Positions 9,351 through 16,203 of a stretch of DNA of 64,000 bases are shown one piece after another. Numbering within the stretch: the stretch's first letter is position 1; every line of letters starts with the position of its first letter. The position numbers and the translations under genes are program-made. The DNA lies in contig JBIOIQ010000003.1 of the NCBI GenBank assembly GCA_044449985.1, positions 10,901 through 74,900 of the forward strand. The letters run 5' to 3'. The notes beneath the pieces were generated by a model. That model saw nothing but the letters and a program-made list of their open reading frames with translations. It was not told where the DNA came from and did no database searches. The DNA is from Candidatus Saccharimonadia bacterium (GTDB lineage: Bacteria; Patescibacteriota; Saccharimonadia; UBA4664; JBIOIQ01).

Positions 9351-12020
9351 TCATTTTTTTCTAGCACTGAAATCTGTAATTATTCCACCAGCATCAGTAA
9401 TCGATCGTTTAAGATAATCGGAAAATTTCATATCACCGTAAGAAGTTGATACATCAAAATCTTCCGGAGAGTTATTTTGAAGCCAGGTAATTGCTTCATC
9501 TTTATAACTTTTGGCGGTCTGTGCATCAACATCTTTCGCAAGATCCTGATTTTTGGTTAACGCCAGTAAATTATCTAGATTACGCTTAGCGCTATTGCTC
9601 GTTGTGTTAAATGCTACGTGAGCACCCACTTCTCCAGACGAACCCTTGAGGCCGGCAATTACACCTTCATTTGCTTGATCCATAAATGCACTCGCGTCTT
9701 TTACCATATGTGGTACTGGTCTGGCCATTAGACCTTTAGCATTTCCGAGAACAAGACCTCGATCTAAAGCAGACTTAGCAGAACCCTGCTTACCAGGGAG
9801 GTCAAAACTATATGCCCCAGTTTTTTGGTCAATGTTAAATCCTGCATCTTTCCCATTTGGTTTGTATACATGATCTTTATATAAATCTGCAATCTCTTTA
9901 TCCGCGCCGTGTGATCCCATATATGCAATTGCGGCTTCTCCCTGGCCATCACGAAGTTTCATCTCTGGACCATCCCCGATCTTGTAAGTACTATCTCCAG
10001 CGAGGTAAGCTTCAGCAATTTTCTTTAGATCGGAATTTTTGTAGCCATTTTCCTCAAAACCAGAAGTAAAGTCTTTATATCGTGCCGATCTGGCTGCTGC
10101 GGCTGTTGCAGCTATTCTTCGCTGTCCAATCTGGCCAAAGCTCAAAGCATTACCGCTTTTTACTCTTGAGCGTGCCCTTTGGAGCAAGTTCCCATTTCCC
10201 AAATTCAGTGCAGCTTCTTCTGCCATATTTTTTCTTCTAGATTCAATCAACGGGCTGACTTTATTCTGCGCTGCTCCGCCTGTTCTAGAAGCTCTTCCGG
10301 CAATAAATCCACTGGCTGCTCCTATCATTGTGCCTGACATTTTGAAAGTGGCAGGGATTAGGAATAAAGGAGCTACTAGCCCTCCTAATTCAAATATAGC
10401 TTGCAGAGATTTGGAACCCGGAGCGGCTGATGCAGCTATCGCAACAATTTGTCCAGCAACAATCAAAAGAACAATTAGAGGGTACATTAGGATTGCTTTT
10501 GTTAGGTTCTTATACCAAGCGGTAAATAGGTTTTCCGTATTAGGTAGTATCCAGGCAATGAAAGCTAAGGGAGACAAGATTACCAATAACGTAATTACAA
10601 CTTGCCTAAACAGCAAAGTAATTACTACGCCAATAACTGCAAAAACTGCTCCGACAAGTGCAACGATTAAAGCGCCAACGATTGCAGCCCCAAATCCTAG
10701 TACTGCTGCGCCAAAAACAGTTACAACTCCTGCCAAACCGATTCCACCTGTTATTGTACCTAGGGTTACATTCAAATCAGCTGAGGGAACATTCAATAGT
10801 GCTTGTTTAAAAGTGATTTGTAGCCCACTGCCTAATATGTTTCCAATATCAACAAGTATTGAACATAGAAAATACGACAGTTGTACTAGTACAATTGCTG
10901 CGACTAATCTGGGGAGAATTTTTTTAACAGTGTATGCATCGAGACTTATAGATAGCATATTGGAGAATATAATAAATAAAAAAATTAGGATAAACCCAAC
11001 GTCTGCGAGGTTCTTAAAAGCATTCCAGATGGCATATGTGGGTGAACTTGTTGAGGTTGAAAGCGGTGAAAAAATGAGTAGTGGTGTAATGATGTCAGAT
11101 TCAACGGTTTTCACGGTAGAAATAAGCAGAGATATCAGAGGACAGACGATCCAGCTGAAAGGTGGGTCTGCATTACAGGCTACATTTGAGTTTGAATTAG
11201 TTCCTGTCGTGCCTCCAGAAGGAGATTGCGGTGGAGCAGATGCTAAGTCAGTTTTGCCGATCTGGACTTTTATCGTATTTGAGACAAGACATGAACCTGA
11301 TTGGTGACCAGAATAAGAGATTTTAGAATCAAATGGATAGCCGCTCCAAGAGTTCTGTAATGTGGTCGTTCGATCAGAATCCGTTATATCAAGGTTAGAA
11401 TATTGATGGCGTGCGACAAAATCTGCTGTACTCGGATTATTTGGGTCGGCAATGAGACTCGATTGGCAATTTGATGTATTTTCAACGTATTCATTAGCGG
11501 CAGCACCGGGTTTTCCTGTAAGAAATGTATGACAATCTGGAGTTTGACTATCACAGTCTGTTGTGTTTATTGTTTGCGAATCGAACCAATTGAAAGCTAT
11601 ATTTACGTTTCCGGAAGTTCCGCCACCTGCAAGAGTAAGTTGAATTACATTCCCACTCTTAACGCAACCCTTATTTATTCCGGAACTATTCCCACTAGTG
11701 GCGGAAAGAACATATTTTTGATACCCAACTGTAGTACTCGCAGATCCATTTCCGTCTGAAACGGCTTGTCCAAGGTGAAGAGAATCATGGCAAGTATTAC
11801 CCGGATTTGACACACGATAAAAAGTATAATCTGTGTCGATTCTATTATCATAAAAAGTTGTAGACCCCCCATCTCCAGGATCGTAATTTAAATGTGAAAT
11901 ATCTATCCAAGTAGCTGTTCCTTGAGTAGCGGCTTCCGTTGAAGCTGGATAAAGCTGAATGCCCAACCATAATAGTGGCAGTAGAAAAATAAATAATCTG
12001 GGGACTTGTTTTAGTCGCAT
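9351..12020 (-). CDS. Polytopic membrane protein, VirB6/TrbL/ConG-like candidate (paralog B) with large Cys-containing N-terminal ectodomain
   Basis: 889-aa ORF with signal peptide MRLKQVPRLFIFLLPLLWLGIQLYPASTEA. A ~260-aa Cys/Asn/Ser/Thr-rich domain follows, then a TM bundle paralogous to 6980..9178 and a ~300-aa soluble C-terminal region. GGTGAG SD-like motif precedes the ATG. Confidence 0.65.
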   Translation of the reverse strand: MRLKQVPRLFIFLLPLLWLGIQLYPASTEAATQGTATWIDISHLNYDPGDGGSTTFYDNRIDTDYTFYRVSNPGNTCHDSLHLGQAVSDGNGSASTTVGYQKYVLSATSGNSSGINKGCVKSGNVIQLTLAGGGTSGNVNIAFNWFDSQTINTTDCDSQTPDCHTFLTGKPGAAANEYVENTSNCQSSLIADPNNPSTADFVARHQYSNLDITDSDRTTTLQNSWSGYPFDSKISYSGHQSGSCLVSNTIKVQIGKTDLASAPPQSPSGGTTGTNSNSNVACNADPPFSWIVCPLISLLISTVKTVESDIITPLLIFSPLSTSTSSPTYAIWNAFKNLADVGFILIFLFIIFSNMLSISLDAYTVKKILPRLVAAIVLVQLSYFLCSILVDIGNILGSGLQITFKQALLNVPSADLNVTLGTITGGIGLAGVVTVFGAAVLGFGAAIVGALIVALVGAVFAVIGVVITLLFRQVVITLLVILSPLAFIAWILPNTENLFTAWYKNLTKAILMYPLIVLLIVAGQIVAIAASAAPGSKSLQAIFELGGLVAPLFLIPATFKMSGTMIGAASGFIAGRASRTGGAAQNKVSPLIESRRKNMAEEAALNLGNGNLLQRARSRVKSGNALSFGQIGQRRIAATAAAARSARYKDFTSGFEENGYKNSDLKKIAEAYLAGDSTYKIGDGPEMKLRDGQGEAAIAYMGSHGADKEIADLYKDHVYKPNGKDAGFNIDQKTGAYSFDLPGKQGSAKSALDRGLVLGNAKGLMARPVPHMVKDASAFMDQANEGVIAGLKGSSGEVGAHVAFNTTSNSAKRNLDNLLALTKNQDLAKDVDAQTAKSYKDEAITWLQNNSPEDFDVSTSYGDMKFSDYLKRSITDAGGIITDFSARKK

Positions 12021-12154
12021 ATACTCACCAATTACAGGTATTGTAAGTGTTTTTGAGAAAAAAGTAATGCTTATTCAAAAAATCCGCCAAGAACAAATCA
12101 GCCCTCCGAAGGAGAACTAATTTGTTCGCCAGTCGATGGGCTGTCGGTATCGGA

Positions 12155-12670
12155 TCAAGGAATGTAGTCTTCGCTCCAAATCGTGCCCAGGTAGTTAAAT
12201 CCTGCACGATGTTCCTTTCCGAAACTATCGAAGAAGTAAACGACGATCGCTGAATTCGGTCGCATTTCTGAGACTTCTGAATTCATCGAGATATTTTCCC
12301 ATCCAGGACCAAGTCCGTCGGTCGTAACTTTATCGATCCTGAATCCTTTTGCGCTCGGGTATTTTATCTCAAAACTTTTCATTAGGTCGGTTGGGGTATG
12401 AATGCTATTCGATGGGAGCACATCTATTGGTGATCCAACCCCAAGGGAAGGTTTAGTTGTCGTAGCGGGGGGATATCTCGGTTGGGCAATGATCACTGCT
12501 CTGTTATTGAGAGGGAGCAGCAGTAAAAGGATCACGAAGACGCTGATCCCTATGCAGCAACAAAAGAGCAGAGCGAGAAATGCAAGAAGACCTTTGTTCG
12601 AAATCTTCGATCTCAAACTTTTGACTTGCATTTTATCCTCATCCGTAAGGAGAGTTGAATTGCCGCCCAT
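12155..12670 (-). CDS. Bitopic membrane protein, first gene of the T4SS-like operon (possible VirB8-type analogue, speculative)
   Basis: 171-aa ORF with an AGGAG SD. It has a short cytoplasmic N-terminus, one TM (LLAFLALLFCCCIGISVFVILLLLL) and a ~110-aa external domain. Confidence 0.6.
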   Translation of the reverse strand: MGGNSTLLTDEDKMQVKSLRSKISNKGLLAFLALLFCCCIGISVFVILLLLLPLNNRAVIIAQPRYPPATTTKPSLGVGSPIDVLPSNSIHTPTDLMKSFEIKYPSAKGFRIDKVTTDGLGPGWENISMNSEVSEMRPNSAIVVYFFDSFGKEHRAGFNYLGTIWSEDYIP

Positions 12671-12721
12671 GAGATCTCCTAAGGTACTCTTGCTTCGGAA
12701 TTTCCGGAGAAAGTATTGTTT

Positions 12722-12750
12722 ATTATACTATAATATTAAGAAATAGTAAA
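12722..12750 (-). promoter_or_regulatory. Candidate sigma70-type promoter of the minus-strand T4SS-like operon
   Basis: The minus strand reads TTTACT, a 17-nt spacer, then TATAAT. This lies ~50 nt upstream of ATG 12670. Confidence 0.45.
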
Positions 12751-12767
12751 GCGATAGGATTGTGATT

Positions 12768-12797
12768 TTGACATTAACCTCAAGCGTTAGCTACAAT
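12768..12797 (+). promoter_or_regulatory. Candidate promoter of the pilin operon; -10 box only 7 nt from the ATG (possible leaderless transcript)
   Basis: TTGACA (12768-12773), an 18-nt spacer, then TACAAT (12792-12797). The ATG is at 12805 and no SD lies between. Confidence 0.5.
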
Positions 12798-12804
12798 TAA
12801 CCAA

Positions 12805-13497
12805 ATGGGCAATAATAAATCTTTGAAATTTCATTTGAAATTTGCCTTACTTTTTGTAGTGTGTTGTATTTTTTTAGGCATTTCCAAAAAAGCTTACGCA
12901 ACATCTACATCTTTTCTTATTACTTGTCCTACGGGTCAAAATGTTACCTCAGGAAATTTTGGACCGCTTGCAATAGCGAGTTGCGATGGAGGGGGGTCAG
13001 CTTCAAGTGTCCCAGGGGCATCAGGTAATTCGACAAATGTCAGCGTGACTTGCCCAAGCAATCAAAGTATCACAGGCCCGGCAACACTATCTGGATCTCC
13101 GGCAAAAATAGGTTTCTCTTGTCAAGACAACAATACCCCACCTGTGCTTTCAATAAGTAGCTCAGTAACTTCGCCTAATCAGGCATGCACATCAAGCTCA
13201 GGTTCTCCTTGTTGCGACAGTGTTGGATTGGGCATTGCTGTTGGCTGTGTTAGCACAACCAACGGAAACCCTATTTATGATTATTTGCGTGCTTTAATTC
13301 AATTTATCTCTGGTATTTTTGGATTAGTCGCAGTACTTATGATTGTAATTGCAGGTTTCCAGTATATGACTTCGGGAGGAAACCCTGATGCACTAAAAAA
13401 GTCAAAATCCAGATTAGCTAATGTAATTATTAGTGTTGTTTTATTTGCCCTGATGTTCGGCATACTAAATTATCTAATTCCTGGAGGAGTTATTTGA
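12805..13497 (+). CDS. T4SS pilin-like protein (TrbC/VirB2-like core) with N-terminal Cys-rich repeat extension
   Basis: 230-aa ORF with signal peptide ...FLGISKKAYA and two related Cys-bracketed modules (ITCPTGQNVTSGNFGPLAIASC, VTCPSNQSITGPATLSGSPAKIGFSC). The C-terminal core GIFGLVAVLMIVIAGFQYMTSGGNPDALKKSKSRLANVIISVVLFALMF is shared with the next five genes. Confidence 0.7.
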   Translation: MGNNKSLKFHLKFALLFVVCCIFLGISKKAYATSTSFLITCPTGQNVTSGNFGPLAIASCDGGGSASSVPGASGNSTNVSVTCPSNQSITGPATLSGSPAKIGFSCQDNNTPPVLSISSSVTSPNQACTSSSGSPCCDSVGLGIAVGCVSTTNGNPIYDYLRALIQFISGIFGLVAVLMIVIAGFQYMTSGGNPDALKKSKSRLANVIISVVLFALMFGILNYLIPGGVI

Positions 13498-13895
13498 TGT
13501 TTGGGATGAAGTTACTTTCAATTCTTCCTTTGGGAAATCCAGCTTGCGATACACAGATTGCAGGCAAAAATCTAATCCTACCTGATTTATATGCCAATTT
13601 AAGAGGCGGAGGGAATCCTGGGAGTGCAGGCGCAAACTGTTCCCAGCTAGTAGCATTTAATAGTTTGGACGTGATAAAACAACTCATTATCAATGTTTTA
13701 CAAATTGCGATAGCACTTGCAGGAGTGGTCGCGGTTGGAATCGTAATATATGGTGGTATTTTGTATATCACTTCCAACGGTAATTCTGCTCAGATAACTA
13801 AAGCGAAAGATACTATAGTTAGCTGGATAGTAGGGCTCATAATCATAATTGGTGCATACGCAATCGTAGCCTTCCTTGCTAATATATTTTCATGA
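13494..13895 (+). CDS. T4SS pilin-like protein (TrbC/VirB2-like), paralog 2
   Basis: 133-aa ORF with a 4-nt overlap with the previous gene. Core is LAGVVAVGIVIYGGILYITSNGNSAQITKAKDTIVSWIVGLIIIIGAYAIV. Confidence 0.7.
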   Translation: MMFGMKLLSILPLGNPACDTQIAGKNLILPDLYANLRGGGNPGSAGANCSQLVAFNSLDVIKQLIINVLQIAIALAGVVAVGIVIYGGILYITSNGNSAQITKAKDTIVSWIVGLIIIIGAYAIVAFLANIFS

Positions 13896-14200
13896 TCAAC
13901 TTAATCGACATCAAATTAGCTGATTCCTTATGCTCTACCGCATCAGCATGTGGTCTGCCTCAAGTCAGTTTCGATAATATTACTCTGGGGAAAATTATCT
14001 CAGCTGTTTATGAAATTATTGCGGCCGTATCCGTTTTGTTTCTTGTAATAGGGGCCACGAAATATACTATTTCAGGAGGTGATCCGGCGGGTATTAAGAA
14101 CGCCAAAAATACTGTTATTTATTCTATAGTTGGATTAATCATTAGTCTTTTAGCATTTCTGGCGGTAACATATTTATCTAGCAAAGCAGGAGGCTTATAA
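13892..14200 (+). CDS. T4SS pilin-like protein, paralog 3 (no obvious signal peptide)
   Basis: 102-aa ORF with a 4-nt overlap. Core is AAVSVLFLVIGATKYTISGGDPAGIKNAKNTVIYSIVGLIISLLAF, and the N-terminal segment carries CSTASAC. Confidence 0.65.
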   Translation: MINLIDIKLADSLCSTASACGLPQVSFDNITLGKIISAVYEIIAAVSVLFLVIGATKYTISGGDPAGIKNAKNTVIYSIVGLIISLLAFLAVTYLSSKAGGL

Positions 14201-14202
14201 AG

Positions 14203-14571
14203 ATGAAAAAAATACGTCTATTGATTTGTTTGTATGTTATTTTTGTCCCAGCTTTAATGTTTGCGGACTCTACTAGTTCTATAATCACCAATTCGGCTTG
14301 TCAAGCAAACCCACAAGCACTTGGATGTAACGGTCAAGCAGCTGTTGGTGCCGGGAGCATTTTTAATAATGGTATTAATGTTTTTATAGGGGTAATCGCC
14401 GCAATCTCAGTTATCATGGTTGTAATCGGTGGGTTACGCTATGTCTTATCCGGTGGAGATGCAGCCGGAGTTCGAAGTGCAAAAGACACTATTCTTTACG
14501 CACTAATCGGATTAGGGATTTCCATTATAGCGTTTGGTATTGTTAACTTCGTTATCAGTAAGCTAGGATAG
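14203..14571 (+). CDS. T4SS pilin-like protein, paralog 4
   Basis: 122-aa ORF with a signal peptide (MKKIRLLICLYVIFVPALMFA) and Cys pair CQANPQALGC. Core is VIGGLRYVLSGGDAAGVRSAKDTILYALIGLGISIIAF. Confidence 0.8.
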   Translation: MKKIRLLICLYVIFVPALMFADSTSSIITNSACQANPQALGCNGQAAVGAGSIFNNGINVFIGVIAAISVIMVVIGGLRYVLSGGDAAGVRSAKDTILYALIGLGISIIAFGIVNFVISKLG

Positions 14572-14575
14572 ATTT

Positions 14576-14971
14576 ATGAAACGTCTCAAGTTACTGTTTG
14601 CAGGGTTTGCTTTATTAGTCCCTTTATTAGCGATTGGTGCTTTACCCGTACTTGCTGCTGCTGAGACTCCTCAAAACGCTGCATGCGTCGGTGCTGGCGG
14701 AACTTTCGATCCCGCAACCAGTACATGTTCAGGCAGTAACGGTGGACTTGATCTGAACGCCGCCTTTAAAAAAGTTGCCGATACATTGATCTATGTAGTT
14801 GGGGCCATATCTGTTCTCATGGTTATTATAGGCGGTTTGCGTTACGTTCTATCTGGAGGAGATTCGACCGGAGTCAAAAATGCCAAAGACACGATACTTT
14901 ATGCCTTAATTGGTGTAGGAGTAGCTCTCGTATCTTATGCAATCGTTAACTTCGTTGTTTCAAGACTCTGA
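14576..14971 (+). CDS. T4SS pilin-like protein, paralog 5
   Basis: 131-aa ORF with a signal peptide (...LAIGALPVLAAA) and Cys pair CVGAGGTFDPATSTC. Core is IIGGLRYVLSGGDSTGVKNAKDTILYALIGVGVALVSY. Confidence 0.8.
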   Translation: MKRLKLLFAGFALLVPLLAIGALPVLAAAETPQNAACVGAGGTFDPATSTCSGSNGGLDLNAAFKKVADTLIYVVGAISVLMVIIGGLRYVLSGGDSTGVKNAKDTILYALIGVGVALVSYAIVNFVVSRL

Positions 14972-14973
14972 GC

Positions 14974-15002
14974 TTTTCAACTTACCTTGATTGTGCTACA
15001 AC
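14974..15002 (+). promoter_or_regulatory. Candidate internal promoter for the last pilin gene (extended -10 TGcTACAAC)
   Basis: TTTTCA (14974-14979), a 17-nt spacer, then TACAAC (14997-15002) preceded by TGc. The same TGCTACAA(T/C) string recurs at 29179-29187 and 42225-42233. Confidence 0.35.
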
Positions 15003-15057
15003 TAGAGTCAAGTGTTTCAAATAAATATAAGCACAACCGTTAAGGAGAAATTATTCA

Positions 15058-15462
15058 ATGACCCAAACTCTCAGTAATTATCGAGCAAAGATTGCAACCG
15101 GCGCTATTCTTGCTGCAACTTTTGTGGCAGCTGGAACTGCTAGCGCGGCTGATTGTACCACTTCGTCAACTGATCCGATTTGTCAGGGAATTAATGGAGC
15201 GCAGCCGACAAATACGCCAACGACTTTGTTTGGAACCGGTGGTATTTTCTCAACCATTGCCGATACCCTTATTTTGGTAGTAGGAGCTGTGTCTGTAATC
15301 ATGCTAATTATCGGTGGTCTTCGATACGTGCTTTCAAGCGGTGAATCAAGTGCTGTTAAGGGAGCAAAAGATACTATCCTCTACGCTATTGTCGGAATTG
15401 TGGTTTCGCTGCTTGCCTTTGCGGCCGTCAATTTCGTAGCCGGAAAATTCATCACAGGTTAG
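15058..15462 (+). CDS. T4SS pilin-like protein, paralog 6
   Basis: 134-aa ORF with AAGGAG SD, a signal peptide (...AAGTASA) and Cys pair CTTSSTDPIC. Core is IIGGLRYVLSSGESSAVKGAKDTILYAIVGIVVSLLAF. Confidence 0.8.
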   Translation: MTQTLSNYRAKIATGAILAATFVAAGTASAADCTTSSTDPICQGINGAQPTNTPTTLFGTGGIFSTIADTLILVVGAVSVIMLIIGGLRYVLSSGESSAVKGAKDTILYAIVGIVVSLLAFAAVNFVAGKFITG

Positions 15463-15490
15463 TTTAGTAGATTTCAAGTTACGAACCAGG

Positions 15491-15518
15491 AAAACAGCTT
15501 TTAAAAGAGCTGTTTTTT
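15491..15518 (+). terminator. Rho-independent terminator after the pilin operon
   Basis: Stem AAAACAGCT / AGCTGTTTT with an 8-nt loop, followed by a T run. Confidence 0.7.
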
Positions 15519-15524
15519 AGTACC

Positions 15525-15550
15525 AAAAAAGCCCCAGAACGGGGCTTTTT
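15525..15550. terminator. Bidirectional terminator hairpin between the pilin operon and hsp20
   Basis: AAAAAAGCCCC-AGAAC-GGGGCTTTTT, a GC stem flanked by an A run and a T run. Confidence 0.7.
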
Positions 15551-15562
15551 ACCGGAGCAAAA

Positions 15563-16006
15563 TTATAGTTCTGGCTTAACCTTAATTTTCTTGACTTTAT
15601 CTTGAGCAACTTTAGGAATTGTGACCGTTAAAACGCCATCTTTTAAGCTTGCCATGGCTTTTTCTGCGACTGTTGAGGTTGGTAAAATCACTGATCGCGA
15701 GAAAGCACCCCAATAACATTCTTGGACGTAGTAGTGTTCTCGATCGACTTCTCGTTCTTCCTTGCGTTCACCGCGAAGGGTAACAACATCCTCAGATACG
15801 CTGATATCGATATCATCAGCTTTGACGCCGGCAATCGGAGCTTTAATAACCACACTATCCTTAGTCTGGTAGACATCGACGGCTAGCTGCCCTTCGAGTT
15901 CTTCCTCTCCTAGCCAGTCTTCACCGCTCCCTTCGGCAGCGCCATCAAGAAACTCGTCTTGCAAGACGTCTTCTTCGCTGTCTGGAGCATTTTTCTTGCC
16001 TGCCAT
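15563..16006 (-). CDS. Hsp20/alpha-crystallin family small heat-shock protein
   Basis: 147-aa ORF with GGAGGA SD. Alpha-crystallin-domain pattern ...AVDVYQTKDSVVIKAPIAGVKADDIDISVSEDVVTLRGERK...FSRSVILPTSTVAEKAMASLKDGVLTVTIPK. Confidence 0.9.
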   Translation of the reverse strand: MAGKKNAPDSEEDVLQDEFLDGAAEGSGEDWLGEEELEGQLAVDVYQTKDSVVIKAPIAGVKADDIDISVSEDVVTLRGERKEEREVDREHYYVQECYWGAFSRSVILPTSTVAEKAMASLKDGVLTVTIPKVAQDKVKKIKVKPEL

Positions 16007-16203
16007 AATTACCTCATCCTCCGTTGATTACGTAGTTGCACCCCGCCTCGGGCTGCTCTTAGCTGTTCTTTTCCCTATTATATGCAGACCCACACCGTAA
16101 AAGCAACATAAGCTTCATGTAAGCTGTTAGTTGGCCGTAATTTTCGCTCAATTTCAATCCTCTTGGAGTGCTTTTTATGAACATTAGCATTATTATCTAA
16201 AAA

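Noticed and set aside
10330-11307. A 325-aa plus-strand ORF, together with other long antisense ORFs in the track such as 2988-3437, 8313-8546, 28556-28933 and 48769-49284.
   Set aside because: They lie entirely antisense to longer ORFs with clear family features (VirB6-like TM bundle, M23 protein, DegT, transglycosylase-like). They have low-complexity or odd composition and no SD. I treat them as shadow ORFs.
9351-14571. Impression that VirB6-like paralog B and pilins 1-4 form an AT-rich block distinct from paralog A and pilins 5-6, suggesting a separately acquired cassette.
   Set aside because: My single-line hand counts were inconsistent: 21-31/60 within paralog B, 25-29/60 in paralog A, and equal counts for the conserved cores of pilins 4 and 5. 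The signal is not robust without a computed sliding-window profile.
12805-15462. Periodic recurrence of a conserved ~100-bp block every ~400 bp, which could be mistaken for a repeat array or CRISPR-like structure.
   Set aside because: The repeats are the conserved coding cores of six intact paralogous ORFs. No short direct repeats with unique spacers and no cas genes are present anywhere in the window.
1-15462. Interpreting the T4SS-like locus as an integrated conjugative element or prophage.
   Set aside because: I saw no integrase, relaxase, coupling protein, replication or capsid genes and no flanking direct repeats within the window. The left boundary is outside the window, so this remains open rather than excluded.
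16166-16189. CIRCE-like strings (GAGTGCT ... TTAGCA) upstream of hsp20.
   Set aside because: The two half-strings are in the wrong relative orientation and do not form the TTAGCACTC-N9-GAGTGCTAA inverted repeat. The only true CIRCE is at 37559-37585.
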